Positions 47,147 through 57,818 of a stretch of DNA of 64,000 bases are shown here, one piece after another. The position numbers and the translations under genes are program-made. Position 1 is the stretch's first letter; every line of letters starts with the position of its first letter. Origin of the DNA: an uncultured delta proteobacterium. GTDB lineage: Bacteria > Desulfobacterota > Binatia > DP-6. The stretch covers positions 1,248,001-1,312,000 of the forward strand of contig CAWFFN010000009.1 of the NCBI GenBank assembly GCA_963815115.1, written 5' to 3'. A model generated the notes under the pieces. It worked only from the letters and a program-made list of their open reading frames with translations. It was not told the origin of the DNA and ran no database searches.

Positions 47147-48547
47147 GTGAACGGACCGAAGCGGCGGGTGCACTTCGTCGGAATCGGCGGCATCGGAATG
47201 AGCGGCATCGCCGAGGTGCTGCTCACGCTCGGCTACAGCGTGTCGGGCTCCGACGTTCTGGAGAGCGAGACCGCGCGGCGACTCGAACGACTCGGCGCGC
47301 GCCTCCACATCGGCATCCACCACGCGGACAACGTCGACGAGAGCGTCGACGTCATCGTCATCTCCTCCGCGGTGACGTTCTCGAACCCGGAGGTGGTGCG
47401 GGCGCGCGATCTGAAGATCCCGGTGATTCCGCGCGCCGAGATGCTGGCCGAGCTGATGCGCATGAAGCACGGCATCGCCATCGCCGGCACCCACGGCAAG
47501 ACCACGACGACGTCCCTCGTCGGCACCGTGCTGCGCGAAGCCGGACGCGATCCCACCGTGGTGGTGGGCGGCAAGCTGCGCGCGCTCGGCACCAACGCGC
47601 GACTCGGACAGGGCGAGTACCTGGTCGCCGAGGCCGACGAGAGCGACGGCTCGTTCCTGCTCCTGTCGCCGATCATCGCCGTCGTCACCAACATCGATCC
47701 CGAGCATCTCGATCACTTCGGTGACATGGAGAAGGTGCGCGCGGCGTATCTCCAGTTCATCCAGCGTGTTCCCTTCTACGGTCTCGCCGTGCTGTGCGTC
47801 GACAACGTCAACGTGCGCGCGCTGCTGCCGTACGTGAACAAGCGCTTCGTCACCTACGGCACGTCGGCCGACGCCGACTGGCAGGCGCGCGAGCTGCGGG
47901 TGGAAGAGCTGGAAACCGTCTTCGAGGTCTGGCGCGCCGGGGAGCGCCTCGGTGTCGTGCGGCTGCACATGCCGGGCCGGCACCACGCCCTGAACGCGCT
48001 CGCCGCCATCGCGGTGGCCGACGACCTCGGCATTCCGTGGCGGCTCGCGGCGCATGCCCTCGAGGACTTCGGCGGCATCCATCGTCGCTTCGAGGTCCGC
48101 GGCGAGGAGCATGGCATCCTCGTGGTCGACGACTACGGCCATCACCCGGTGGAGATCCGGGCCACGCTGCGCGCCGCCCGCGAGGGCTTTGCGCGCCGGC
48201 TCGTGGTGGCATTCCAGCCGCACCGGTTCTCCCGCACGCGCGACCTCTTCGACGACTTCCTCGGCGCCTTCGACGACGCGGACCTCCTGCTGCTCACGGA
48301 GATCTACCCGGCCGGCGAGACGCCGGTCCCCGGCGTGACCGGCGACGCGCTCCACCAGGCGCTCAAGCGCCGCGGCCACCTCGACGTGCGCTGGGTGGCG
48401 GGGCGGGAGCGCCTCGCCGACGCCCTCCTCGAGCTCGTCCGTCCCGGCGACCTCGTGATCGTGCTCGGCGCCGGCGACATCTCCCGCACGGCGGACGAGT
48501 TCCTCGCCATGCTCCGGACCGGCGTCGGCATCCCGCAGATCCACTGA
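47147..48547 (+). CDS. murC: UDP-MurNAc--L-alanine ligase
   Basis: HFVGIGGIGMSG, GTHGKTTT, EADESDGS, DDYGHHP.E, FQPHR. Confidence 0.97.
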   Translation: MNGPKRRVHFVGIGGIGMSGIAEVLLTLGYSVSGSDVLESETARRLERLGARLHIGIHHADNVDESVDVIVISSAVTFSNPEVVRARDLKIPVIPRAEMLAELMRMKHGIAIAGTHGKTTTTSLVGTVLREAGRDPTVVVGGKLRALGTNARLGQGEYLVAEADESDGSFLLLSPIIAVVTNIDPEHLDHFGDMEKVRAAYLQFIQRVPFYGLAVLCVDNVNVRALLPYVNKRFVTYGTSADADWQARELRVEELETVFEVWRAGERLGVVRLHMPGRHHALNALAAIAVADDLGIPWRLAAHALEDFGGIHRRFEVRGEEHGILVVDDYGHHPVEIRATLRAAREGFARRLVVAFQPHRFSRTRDLFDDFLGAFDDADLLLLTEIYPAGETPVPGVTGDALHQALKRRGHLDVRWVAGRERLADALLELVRPGDLVIVLGAGDISRTADEFLAMLRTGVGIPQIH

Positions 48548-48548
48548 C

Positions 48549-49457
48549 ATGTCGGTCGCCACCCTGCACCAGCGCCTCATCCGCGTCCTCGGCGACCGGG
48601 TGCGGGCCGGCGAGCCGCTCGCGCGCCATACCTCGTATCGCATCGGGGGCCCGGCCGATCTGCTGGCGCGTCCCGACTCGGTCGAGGAGCTCGGCAGCGT
48701 GCTGCGCGAGGCGAGCGCGGCCGGAGTGCGCGTCACGCTCCTCGGCGGCGGCTCGAACGTGCTCGTCGGCGACGGCGGCATGCGAGGCGTGGTGGTGAAG
48801 CTCGGTCGCGGCTTCCGCCGCGTCGAATGGAAGCCGGACGCGGTCCGCGCCGGCGCCGCCGTCCAGCTCGGCAGGCTCGCGCGCGAGAGCACGGCGCGCG
48901 GGCTCGCAGGTCTCGAGCACGCCGAGGGCATCCCGGGCACGGTGGGCGGAGCGCTCTTCATGAACGCCGGCGCCTACGGCGGGGAGGTGGCGAACGTCGC
49001 GGAAGCCGTCGACGGGCTCGACGCGAACGGCGACCCGCTGCGGCTGGGACGGGACGCTCTCGCGTTCACCTATCGCCGCGCCCACCTGCCCGCGGGCTTC
49101 GTGGTGACGGCGGTGACGTTCGGGCTGCGGCCCGATCAGCCGGACGCGGTGCGTGTGCGCCTGGAGGCGGTCCGCGCCCGGCGCGTCTCGAGTCAGCCCC
49201 AGGGACAGCCGAACGCCGGCTCGATCTTCAAGAACCCACCCGGCGCTCACGCCGGACGGCTGATCGAGGACGCCGGGCTGAAGGGCCGGCGGGTGGGCGG
49301 AGCGCGCTTCTCGGAGCGGCACGCGAACTTCATCGTGAACGACGGCCGGGCACGTGCGACGGACGTGCAGGTCCTGATGGCGATCGCCCAGCGGGCGGTG
49401 TGGGAGCGGAGCGGGGTATGGCTGGAGCCCGAGGTGCGGCTCGTCGGAAGCTGGTAG
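48549..49457 (+). CDS. murB: UDP-N-acetylenolpyruvoylglucosamine reductase
   Basis: RIGGPA, GGGSN.L, GIPGTVGGA..MNAGAYG, GSIFKNP, HANFIVN. Confidence 0.96.
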   Translation: MSVATLHQRLIRVLGDRVRAGEPLARHTSYRIGGPADLLARPDSVEELGSVLREASAAGVRVTLLGGGSNVLVGDGGMRGVVVKLGRGFRRVEWKPDAVRAGAAVQLGRLARESTARGLAGLEHAEGIPGTVGGALFMNAGAYGGEVANVAEAVDGLDANGDPLRLGRDALAFTYRRAHLPAGFVVTAVTFGLRPDQPDAVRVRLEAVRARRVSSQPQGQPNAGSIFKNPPGAHAGRLIEDAGLKGRRVGGARFSERHANFIVNDGRARATDVQVLMAIAQRAVWERSGVWLEPEVRLVGSW

Positions 49458-50314
49458 GCCGCCGCTTCCGCCGCCGTAATCGGGCCCGTCGGACGCGCCG
49501 GCTGCCGCGGGTGCCGTGGAAGGCGCTGCGGCTCGTCGGGTTGCTCGTCGCCCTGGCCGTCGCCGTGCCGCCGCTCCTGCGGACGGTGCGCAGCCACCCG
49601 TACTTCGCGCTGCGCGACGTCGTCATCCGCCACCACGGGCGGCTGCCGACGGCGGACCTGCGCGCCGCGCTCGGCTTCGCACCGGGGGACAACATCTGGA
49701 CGATCGATCTCGGGGCCGCCGAGGGGCGCCTGCGGTCGCTCGCGTGGGTGCGCTCCGTTTCCCTGCGCCGCGAGCTGCCCGACCGCGTCGTGGTGCGCGT
49801 GCGCGAGTACCGGCCGGCGGCGATCGTCGCCGTCGACGATCAGCCGCCCGAGCTCTTCTACGTCGCGGCCAACGGGCGCATCTTCGCGCCCGTCGGCGTC
49901 ACCGACGGGCGCGACCTGCCATACATCACGGGCCTCACGCGGGCGGATCTCGATGGCCGGCAGGGCTTCGGTCCCCGCGGCGTGCACCGGGCCCTGGGAT
50001 TGCTCCGTCTCGTCGGGCGCGAGCCGGGCGGGATCGGCCCCGTGTCCGAGGTGCACGTCTCCAACGACCACGGCATGACGCTCCTTCCGGTGCGACCGCC
50101 CATTCCCATCGTGCTCGGGTGGGGTGGGCTGCCCCGAAAGCTGGATCGGCTCGGCCGGGTGCTGCCGCTGTGGACCGGACGGGCGGCCGACGTGCGAGAG
50201 GTGAGCTGCATCTTCGAGGACCAGGTGATCGTGCGGATGCGCGCACCGCTGGCCCCGGAGACCCCCAAACCCGGGGGGACTCCGGGACGCCGCAAGCGCG
50301 CAGCGAGGGCGTGA
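49451..50314 (+). CDS. ftsQ: Cell division protein FtsQ/DivIB
   Basis: Basic N-terminus, TM, POTRA-like WV....RRELPD...V.E..P; lies before ftsA. Start uncertain (CTG 49451 or GTG 49511). Confidence 0.88.
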   Translation: MVGRRFRRRNRARRTRRLPRVPWKALRLVGLLVALAVAVPPLLRTVRSHPYFALRDVVIRHHGRLPTADLRAALGFAPGDNIWTIDLGAAEGRLRSLAWVRSVSLRRELPDRVVVRVREYRPAAIVAVDDQPPELFYVAANGRIFAPVGVTDGRDLPYITGLTRADLDGRQGFGPRGVHRALGLLRLVGREPGGIGPVSEVHVSNDHGMTLLPVRPPIPIVLGWGGLPRKLDRLGRVLPLWTGRAADVREVSCIFEDQVIVRMRAPLAPETPKPGGTPGRRKRAARA

Positions 50315-50318
50315 GAGA

Positions 50319-51551
50319 ATGGCCAGGCGAAATCCGCTCGTGGTGGGCCTCGACGTGGGCACCTTCAAGGTCGGTGTCGTCGTTGCCGAGGTCGGCGAGC
50401 ACGGCATCGAGATCACGGGCATCGGCACCCAGGCTTCGACGGGACTCAAGAAGGGGACGGTGATCAACATCGACGCCACCGTGACGGCCATCCGCAAGGC
50501 CGTCGACGAGGCGGAGCTGATGGCCGGATGCGAGATACGCAGCGTCGTGGCAGGCTCGGCCGGCAGTCACATCAAGGGCTTCAACAGCCACGGGGTGGTC
50601 GCCGTGAAGAGCCGCGAGGTGGCGCAGGGCGACGTCGAGCGGGTGCACGAGGCCGCGCGGGCGATCGCGCTCCCCGTGGACCGCGAGGTCCTCCATGTCC
50701 TGGCGCAGGAGTTCATCGTCGACGATCAGGGCGGGGTGAAGGAGCCCATCGGGATGGCCGGGGTGCGGCTCGAGGCGCGCGTGCACATCGTGACCGGCTC
50801 CATCAGCTCGGGGCAGAACCTGATCAAGTGCTGCAACCGTGCCGGCCTGCACGTCCTGGACGTCCTCGGGAGTCCGCTCGCCGCCGCCGAGGCGGTGCTC
50901 ACGCCCGAGGAGCGCGAGCTGGGAGTGGCGCTGGTCGAGATCGGGGCGGGGACGACGTCCATGGTGGTCTTCCAGGGCGGCTCCATCCGTCACACCGCGG
51001 TCCTGCCGGTCGGCGGGGGCCACGTGACCAACGACCTCGCGGCCGCGCTGCGCACGCCGTTCGCCGAGGCCGAGCGCCTCAAGCAGCGGTGCGGCTCGGC
51101 GCTGGCGTTCGCCGCCGCCGCCGACCTCTCCGTGGAGGTCGCGGGCATCGGCGGGCGGCCGCCGCACAAGCTGTCGCAGCGTGCGCTCGCCGAGGTGATC
51201 GAGCCGCGATGCGAGGAGGTCCTCGCGCTGGTGCGCAGCGAGATCGAGCGGGCGGGAATGGCGGGTCATCTCACCTCCGGCGTCGTGCTCACCGGCGGCG
51301 GCGCGGTGCTCGGCGGCATGACGGACCTCGCGGAGCGCGTGTTTCGCACTCCGGCGCGCCTCGGTCTGCCGCTTCATCTCAGCGGTTTGGTTGACGTCGT
51401 TGCGAGTCCCATGTATTCGACTGCTGTCGGCCTCGTGCTGCACGGACTCAAGCGGCACGGACGCATGACGGCGCAAGAAGATTGGTCGGGGCTCGGCCCG
51501 CTCGAACGGGCACGGCACCGGGTGGTGAGCTGGCTGCGGGAGTTCTTCTGA
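50319..51551 (+). CDS. ftsA: Cell division protein FtsA
   Basis: GLDVGT.K, G..KG.VINID, IG.GTT, VGG.HVTND, VLTGG, YSTAVGL. Confidence 0.96.
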   Translation: MARRNPLVVGLDVGTFKVGVVVAEVGEHGIEITGIGTQASTGLKKGTVINIDATVTAIRKAVDEAELMAGCEIRSVVAGSAGSHIKGFNSHGVVAVKSREVAQGDVERVHEAARAIALPVDREVLHVLAQEFIVDDQGGVKEPIGMAGVRLEARVHIVTGSISSGQNLIKCCNRAGLHVLDVLGSPLAAAEAVLTPEERELGVALVEIGAGTTSMVVFQGGSIRHTAVLPVGGGHVTNDLAAALRTPFAEAERLKQRCGSALAFAAAADLSVEVAGIGGRPPHKLSQRALAEVIEPRCEEVLALVRSEIERAGMAGHLTSGVVLTGGGAVLGGMTDLAERVFRTPARLGLPLHLSGLVDVVASPMYSTAVGLVLHGLKRHGRMTAQEDWSGLGPLERARHRVVSWLREFF

Positions 51552-51612
51552 CCGTGTAGCGTCAGAGCGGGGCGGACGCCGGAAGGCAGAAGGCCGGAAG
51601 GTAGGTGGTGCG

Positions 51613-52833
51613 ATGGGCGAGGTGGTGGAGGCCGTCGAGGGTGCCCGGATCAAGGTGATCGGGGTCGGAGGTGGCGGAAGCAACGCGGTCAACACCATGA
51701 TCGCGGCCGGATTGCCGGGGGTCGACTTCCTCGCTGCCAACACCGACGCCCAGGCGCTGCGAACCAACCTCGCGCCGGTGAAGCTCCAGCTCGGCGAGAA
51801 GCTCACCCGCGGCCTCGGCGCCGGAGGCAATCCCGAGGTCGGCAAGCGCGCGGCCCTCGAGGACGTCGAGCGTATCGCCGAGCACCTCGGCGGCGCCGAC
51901 ATGATCTTCGTCACGGCGGGGATGGGCGGTGGTACGGGCACCGGAGCGGCCCCCGTGGTCGCGCGGGTGGGCAAGGAGCTCGGCTGCCTCACCGTGGGCG
52001 TGGTCACCAAGCCCTTCATGTTCGAGGGCAAACGGCGCTCGCGACAGGCCGATGACGGCCTGCGGGAGCTGAAAGCCAGCGTCGACACCCTCATCACCAT
52101 CCCCAACCAGCGCCTGCTCGGGATCGCCGGACGCAATTCGTCCATCATCGACACGTTCAAGAAGGCCGACGACGTGCTCCTCCAGGCGGTGCGCGGCATC
52201 GCCGACCTGATCACGGTGCACGGCCTCATCAACCTCGACTTTGCCGACGTGCGGGCGATCATGGCGGAGATGGGCATGGCCATGATGGGGGCGGCCGTCG
52301 CCACCGGCGACAACCGTGCGCTCGAGGCGGCACAGAAGGCAATCTCGAGCCCGCTGCTCGAGGAGGTCGCCATCAAGGGCGCCCGTGGAGTCCTCATCAA
52401 CATCACGGGTGGGCCCGACCTGACGCTGCACGAGGTGAACGAGGCGGCCACCTGCATCCAGGAGGAGGCCGACGAGGACGCCAACATCATCTTCGGCGCC
52501 GTGATCGACGAGTCGATGGGCGACGAGGTGCGCATCACGGTCATCGCGACCGGCTTCGGCGAGTCGGTAACGACCCGCCTGGTGCCGCCGCCCGTCGAGG
52601 CGAGCGACGAGTTGCGCGGGCGCGAGGTCGCGTCCGACGGCCGGCCGATCCGCCGCCTGGGCTTGCACGAGGTCGACGAGTACGAGCTCGACGTCCCCAC
52701 CTGGCAGCGCCGTCAGGCGGCCGCGAGCGCTCAGGCCGAGCGCGCGGCCAGCGGCAGGCGCACGCCAGCGAACGGCGCGGACGACGACCCGGACTTCGAC
52801 GTCCCCACCTTCCTGCGCCGCGGCGCGGAATAG
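51613..52833 (+). CDS. ftsZ: Cell division protein FtsZ
   Basis: [24 protein letters not shown]-terminal DVPTFLRR. Confidence 0.98.
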   Translation: MGEVVEAVEGARIKVIGVGGGGSNAVNTMIAAGLPGVDFLAANTDAQALRTNLAPVKLQLGEKLTRGLGAGGNPEVGKRAALEDVERIAEHLGGADMIFVTAGMGGGTGTGAAPVVARVGKELGCLTVGVVTKPFMFEGKRRSRQADDGLRELKASVDTLITIPNQRLLGIAGRNSSIIDTFKKADDVLLQAVRGIADLITVHGLINLDFADVRAIMAEMGMAMMGAAVATGDNRALEAAQKAISSPLLEEVAIKGARGVLINITGGPDLTLHEVNEAATCIQEEADEDANIIFGAVIDESMGDEVRITVIATGFGESVTTRLVPPPVEASDELRGREVASDGRPIRRLGLHEVDEYELDVPTWQRRQAAASAQAERAASGRRTPANGADDDPDFDVPTFLRRGAE

Positions 52834-52837
52834 TCGG

Positions 52838-52873
52838 GGCGGCGGCGTCCGTCATCGCGCGAACGCCGCCGCC
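52838..52873. terminator. Hairpin between convergent ftsZ and ALDH genes
   Basis: 11-bp stem GGCGGCGGCGT/ACGCCGCCGCC; no U-tract. Confidence 0.5.
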
Positions 52874-52885
52874 ACGCCGGAGTCC

Positions 52886-54316
52886 TCAGCGCGGAGCCCA
52901 GCCGAGGACGGCCTTCAGCTCGAGGAACTCCTCGAAACCGGGCTCGCCCCACTCCCGTCCGTTTCCCGACTGCTTGTAGCCGCCGAAGCAGGAGTGGAAG
53001 TCGATCTGGGCGCCGTTCAGGTGCACGTTGCCCGATCGGATGCGCTTGGCGATCCCCTTGGCGCGCTCGAGGTTCCCCGACGAGACGTAGCCGGAGAGAC
53101 CGTAGGGGGTGTCGTTGGCGATCTGGACGGCTTCCTCGTCGCCCTCGTAGGGCAGGATGGAGAGGACCGGGCCGAAGATCTCCTCGCGCGCGATCGTCAT
53201 GTCGTTGCGCACGTTGCCGAAGACGGTCGGCTTCACGTAGTAGCCGCGGTCGAGACCCGCGGGACGCCCCGGACCGCCGACGGCCAGCCGGGCCCCCTCG
53301 TCGATGCCGGCCTTGATCAGGCGCTGGATCTTGTCGAACTGCGCCTGGCTCACCACCGGCCCGAGCATGGTGCTGTCCCCGAAGGGATCGCCGACGCGCA
53401 TCGACTCGGCGGTCGCCTTGGCGATGTCGAGCGCGGCGTCGTGCTGGCGGCGTGACACCAGCATGCGGGTGGGCGCGTTGCAGGACTGCCCGCTGTTGAG
53501 GAAGCAGCCCCGCACGCCGGCGCTCACGACGCCTTCCAGATCGGCGTCGTCGAGGACGATGTTGGCCGACTTGCCGCCGAGCTCCTGGGTGACGCGCTTC
53601 ACGCTCGCCGCGGCCGCGATCGCCACCGCCACGCCGGCGCGGGTCGAGCCGGTGAACGACACCATGTCGACGCCGGGATGCGAGGCGATGGCCTCGCCGA
53701 CGGTCGGTCCGTCGCCGTTCACCAGGTTGAAGACGCCCGCCGGGACGCCGGCCTCGTCCAGGATCTGGGCCCACAGGAGCGCGCTCAGCGGCGCGATCTC
53801 GCTCGGCTTGAGCACCATCGTGCACCCGGCGGCCAGCGCGGGCAGCACCTTGCAGGCGATCTGGTTCACCGGCCAGTTCCACGGCGTGATCAGGCCGCAG
53901 ACGCCGATCGGCTCGCGGCGCATCAGCGTGGAGCCGCGCTCGTGCTCGAACCGGTACTCCTTCAGCACGTCCATGATGGTGGCCAGATGTCCCATCGGCG
54001 CGGCCGCCTGCGCGGTCTTCGACAGGCCGAGCGGTGCGCCCATCTCGCGCGAAATGGTCTCGGCCATCTCGTCGTAGTGCTTCTGGTAGGCGCCCATGAT
54101 GGCGCCCAGCAGCGCCAGGCGCTCCTCGCGGGTCGTCGAGGAGAACGACGGGAAGGCGCGCCGCGCGGCGGCGACCGCGTCGTCGACGTCGGCCTTCGCG
54201 CCCAGCGAGATGGTGGCGACGGGCTCCTCGGTGGCGGGGTTCAGGACGGGGAGGTCGTGTGCCTTTCTCGGCTTGACCCACTGCCCGTCGATGTAGAATT
54301 CGCGGCTCTCCGGCAT
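52886..54316 (-). CDS. Aldehyde dehydrogenase
   Basis: GAGGAG RBS; ITPWNWP, KPSE, FTGST, ELGGKS, NSGQSC, EEIFGP, FGGYKQSG.GRE. Confidence 0.95.
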   Translation of the reverse strand: MPESREFYIDGQWVKPRKAHDLPVLNPATEEPVATISLGAKADVDDAVAAARRAFPSFSSTTREERLALLGAIMGAYQKHYDEMAETISREMGAPLGLSKTAQAAAPMGHLATIMDVLKEYRFEHERGSTLMRREPIGVCGLITPWNWPVNQIACKVLPALAAGCTMVLKPSEIAPLSALLWAQILDEAGVPAGVFNLVNGDGPTVGEAIASHPGVDMVSFTGSTRAGVAVAIAAAASVKRVTQELGGKSANIVLDDADLEGVVSAGVRGCFLNSGQSCNAPTRMLVSRRQHDAALDIAKATAESMRVGDPFGDSTMLGPVVSQAQFDKIQRLIKAGIDEGARLAVGGPGRPAGLDRGYYVKPTVFGNVRNDMTIAREEIFGPVLSILPYEGDEEAVQIANDTPYGLSGYVSSGNLERAKGIAKRIRSGNVHLNGAQIDFHSCFGGYKQSGNGREWGEPGFEEFLELKAVLGWAPR

Positions 54317-54393
54317 GGTGCTCCTCCTCGGCTCGGGTGCTCCCGTTCGATTAGGAGAGGCGCGGGCCAGAAGCAACCGTCGCGCAGGATTGG

Positions 54394-55155
54394 TCAGGCG
54401 ACGGGCGGGGGGGACGGCTCCGGCTCCGGCCCCGCATAGAGGCCCTTGCGGTCGGCCTGCCGGATCCGCAGCAGGTCGACCAGCATGCGCCACGCGTCGG
54501 CGACGGGACGCACCTTGCTGTCGGGGTCGTCCACCCAGGTCACCGGAACCTCCGCCACCCGGAGGCCGAGCCTGCGCGCGATCCAGAGTACCTCGACGTC
54601 GAAGCCGAACTGCTCGATGCGCTGGCGGAGGAAGATGCGCTCCGCCGCGCCCGCCGAGAACAGCTTGAAGCCGCACTGGGTGTCGGCGATGCCGGGAACG
54701 GCCAGGCGGCGCACGCACCAGTTGAAGCCCCGACCCATCGCCTGCCGCCACCAGGGCTGCGGGACGTCGACCCGGGAGCCCGGGAGTCGGCGCGACCCGA
54801 TGGCGACGTCGTGTCCGGCTGCGATCGCCGCCATCAGGCGTTCGACCTCCTCGATCGGGGTCGACAGGTCGGCATCCGAGAACAGCCGCAGGTCGCCGCG
54901 CGCGGCCAGCATGCCGCGGCGGACGCAGTGGCCCTTGCCGCGGTTCTTGGGGTCGTCGAGCACGTGCAGCACCGTCCGCCCGGTCCGGACTTCTCCGATC
55001 ACCTCGACGGTGCGATCGCGCGAGCCGTCGACGACGACCAGTATCTCGGACGTCCACGGGCGGGTCCCGAGGTACGCGACGATGCGCTCGAGCGTCGGGC
55101 CGATCCGGCGTTCCTCGTCGTACGCCGGGATGACCACGCTCAGGTCGATCGGCAC
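54394..55155 (-). CDS. GT2 glycosyltransferase (polyprenyl-phosphate glucosyltransferase-like)
   Basis: SVVIPAY.EE, DGS.D, N.GKG, DADLS, DTQCGFKLF, FDVE. Confidence 0.9.
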   Translation of the reverse strand: MPIDLSVVIPAYDEERRIGPTLERIVAYLGTRPWTSEILVVVDGSRDRTVEVIGEVRTGRTVLHVLDDPKNRGKGHCVRRGMLAARGDLRLFSDADLSTPIEEVERLMAAIAAGHDVAIGSRRLPGSRVDVPQPWWRQAMGRGFNWCVRRLAVPGIADTQCGFKLFSAGAAERIFLRQRIEQFGFDVEVLWIARRLGLRVAEVPVTWVDDPDSKVRPVADAWRMLVDLLRIRQADRKGLYAGPEPEPSPPPVA

Positions 55156-55242
55156 GACGGCCCTGCGGATCGCGTTCGCCTCATCTCGCCGACACGACGT
55201 AGCCGAGAATCGGGCCGCTGTCAGCGGCGAACGCGCCGATCG

Positions 55243-55917
55243 TCACCAGGGGCGGGTCCGGCCGTCGTAGCCCAGGAACTTGCCGGAATCGGCCACCTTC
55301 AGCCCTTCCAGCAGCGCGACCATTCCCCCGACCGTCTCCTTCGGGTCGAGCGGCGCCTGCTCACCGCCCATGTCGGTGCGGTTCCAGCCCGGGTCGAGCG
55401 AGACGACCGTGAAGCCGTCGCCGGCCAGCTCCTCGTGCATGAGCACCGTCAGCATGTTCAGGGCCGCCTTGCTGCAGCAGTAGGCGTAGGAGAACCCTCC
55501 CGGCGTGCCGGCGAGGCTTCCGAGTCCGCTGGACACGTTGGCGATCGTCTTCCGCTTGCCGCGACCGAGCACGGGCAGCAGCGCCCTGGTCAGCAGAGCC
55601 AGCCCGAAGACGTTGGTGCGAAACACGTGCTCGAAGGTGTCGGAGGTGATCGACCGCACGGAGGCATCCCTGGCGCCGACCCCGGCATTGTTGATCAGCA
55701 GGTCGATGGGTTCGTCGAGCGAGCGCGCGAAGGCCTCGAACGTCTCGGGGCGTGTGACGTCGAGCCGCACCACCTTCGCCCCGGCCCGTGCAGCGGATGC
55801 GGCGCCGTCCGGATCGCGTACCGCCGCGATCACGGTGTGGCCGCGCCGCAGAAGCTGCTGCACGAACTCCGCCCCGAGCCCTCGCGATGCTCCGGTCACC
55901 AGGTATCCGTCGCCCAT
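55243..55917 (-). CDS. SDR oxidoreductase (CsgA/C-factor-like)
   Basis: TGASRGLG, LINNAG, SS..GS, YCCSK (YxxxK), PGW.RTDMGG. Confidence 0.9.
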   Translation of the reverse strand: MGDGYLVTGASRGLGAEFVQQLLRRGHTVIAAVRDPDGAASAARAGAKVVRLDVTRPETFEAFARSLDEPIDLLINNAGVGARDASVRSITSDTFEHVFRTNVFGLALLTRALLPVLGRGKRKTIANVSSGLGSLAGTPGGFSYAYCCSKAALNMLTVLMHEELAGDGFTVVSLDPGWNRTDMGGEQAPLDPKETVGGMVALLEGLKVADSGKFLGYDGRTRPW

Positions 55918-56096
55918 GACGATCCGGGTATCGAGGCAGGCGAGCTGGAACAAGCGGCGCCCGGCCGGGATGCTCGCGTCTCGGCCGCTCGACGGCGAAC
56001 CCTCCGGCCCGCTACATCCGGGACCGGCCGTTTCCATGTACCGGCATCTGCGCGTCGTTTGACGTTGCGGCACGACGCCGGCCGCTGCCCCGCGCG

Positions 56097-56651
56097 CTAC
56101 TTCGCGGGCGCGACGAAGAGACCGGGTCGCGCGATCGCCTTGCCGCCCTCCAGGGTCGGCGCGTCGAGCACCTCGAGGATGCGGAGCTCGGTGGTGATCG
56201 GCACGTCCGCACACTCGCGCGGCAGGCAGGCGGCCGGCAGCACGGACCCCTTGCAGCGTCCGCCCCTGCAGGCGAGCGTCCCGTTCAGCGACGGCGTCTC
56301 GATCTGGAGCCCGTCGAGCGGGCAGTCGCCCGCGTCCGAGCCGAAGGTGGTGAGATTGGTGACCTCGACGGCGAGGCTGCCGCCGTACGGCGCGCCGTCC
56401 CGGGTGACGCCGACGAGCTTCACCGTGCCGCCCGAGGTCTCCGACGGCTTGCCGGTCTTCGGGCAGGTGGGCGCCGGCTCGCGGGCGCTGGTCAGCTGGG
56501 CCACGCCGCTGCGAAATGCGAACGCGGGCTGGCATGCGACCGCACCCGCGCACTGCGCCTGGACCAGCGCAAGCACCAGGCCGGCCGGCTTCGCGCTCGC
56601 CGTTCCCGGGAGCGCCGCCAGCACCAGCACGATCGGCAGTCCGTGTCGCAT
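56097..56651 (-). CDS. Secreted Cys-containing hypothetical protein
   Basis: GAGGAGG RBS, signal peptide MRHGLPIVLVL..ASA, paired Cys. Confidence 0.75.
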   Translation of the reverse strand: MRHGLPIVLVLAALPGTASAKPAGLVLALVQAQCAGAVACQPAFAFRSGVAQLTSAREPAPTCPKTGKPSETSGGTVKLVGVTRDGAPYGGSLAVEVTNLTTFGSDAGDCPLDGLQIETPSLNGTLACRGGRCKGSVLPAACLPRECADVPITTELRILEVLDAPTLEGGKAIARPGLFVAPAK

Positions 56652-56668
56652 GCTTCCCTCCTCGCGTC

Positions 56669-57700
56669 TCATGGCACGATCCGGAACGGCGCGCTGTCGC
56701 GCGCGGTGCGCGCGAAGGCGCCGGCGTCGGTGTCGGGCGCCCCCTTCACCTGTGCCCAGAGCACCACCCGGAGCCGGGCCTCGTCCGTGACGGCGTCGGC
56801 GGGGACGGTCCAGACGAAGGCGTGCTGCTTCGGACCCGATGTCGCGCCGACGTATTGCCAGCTCTGTCCGCGGTCGCGCGAGAACTGCACCTCGACGAAT
56901 CGGACGTCGCCCTTGACGCGCTTTCGCCAGGCGATCTTCAGGCGCTTGCCGGCGCGCACCTTCTTGCGATGCGGCGCGAGCAGCGTGAGCTTGGGGGTGG
57001 CGTTCGCCGGAGTCCCGGTCATGGTCACGGGGACGCAGCCCTGGTCGTTCGTGGGATCGCCATCGGGCAGCAGGCGTGCCGTGTTGATGAAGACGCACAG
57101 GTCGTAGTCGCCGGTCGCCGGCAGGTCGGTGATGTCGATCCACTGGCAGGCGAGGTTGCTGGGGTAGAGGTCGCCCCAGCCCACCTGGACTCCTTGCGTG
57201 TTGAGGCCGTTCGGGTTGCATCCGTAGCGGCGCGCGTCGGGGGCGCTGTCCACCGCCTTCTTCGTGTCCTCGATGCAGAAGGAGCGCTTCTGCCCGAGCA
57301 GCAGGACGTCCGCCGCTCCGCGCTGGCGAAGCTCGTAGCGGGCGAAGGTCTCGAAGTGGAAGTGCTTGTGGCAGGCGCTGTAGACCCACTTGGGGGTGCC
57401 GTCCGGGAGGAGCTCGTTCGGATCGGGCGTGCCGACCACCAGATCCGCCGTGCCCTGGTTGATCGCGAACACGCTGAAGCGCAGCAGCTTGCGCACTCCG
57501 GGTCCAGTCACGCAGAGGTCGGCGGGCTTGAGCTCACATGCCAGGGGGTCGTTCGGATCGAACAGCTGCACGTCGTACTGCACGGACGACGCCAGGAGGT
57601 CGGTATCGAGGCGCAGGTCGGGCAGCCCCTGCGCGGCGGCGGGAGTCCGCAGCCCGAACGCGCACAGCACGGCGAGGAGGCCGCCAGCAGTGACCTTCAT
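56669..57700 (-). CDS. Secreted lysyl oxidase family protein with C-terminal Ig-like domain
   Basis: LLRFS...N.G, ACHKHFHF Cu site, GQKRSFCIED (LTQ Lys), GWGDLY (LTQ Tyr), CQWIDITD. Confidence 0.9.
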   Translation of the reverse strand: MKVTAGGLLAVLCAFGLRTPAAAQGLPDLRLDTDLLASSVQYDVQLFDPNDPLACELKPADLCVTGPGVRKLLRFSVFAINQGTADLVVGTPDPNELLPDGTPKWVYSACHKHFHFETFARYELRQRGAADVLLLGQKRSFCIEDTKKAVDSAPDARRYGCNPNGLNTQGVQVGWGDLYPSNLACQWIDITDLPATGDYDLCVFINTARLLPDGDPTNDQGCVPVTMTGTPANATPKLTLLAPHRKKVRAGKRLKIAWRKRVKGDVRFVEVQFSRDRGQSWQYVGATSGPKQHAFVWTVPADAVTDEARLRVVLWAQVKGAPDTDAGAFARTARDSAPFRIVP

Positions 57701-57818
57701 CCGGTGCTCGACCTAGCCGACCGGGGCCTCGCGGAGCAAGCGTTTCCACCGTCTCCGGAGCGATTCGGGTCCGCCTTGAGGATGCGGGAGGCGGCGAGTA
57801 AGGTCCGAGCCGTCCTCC

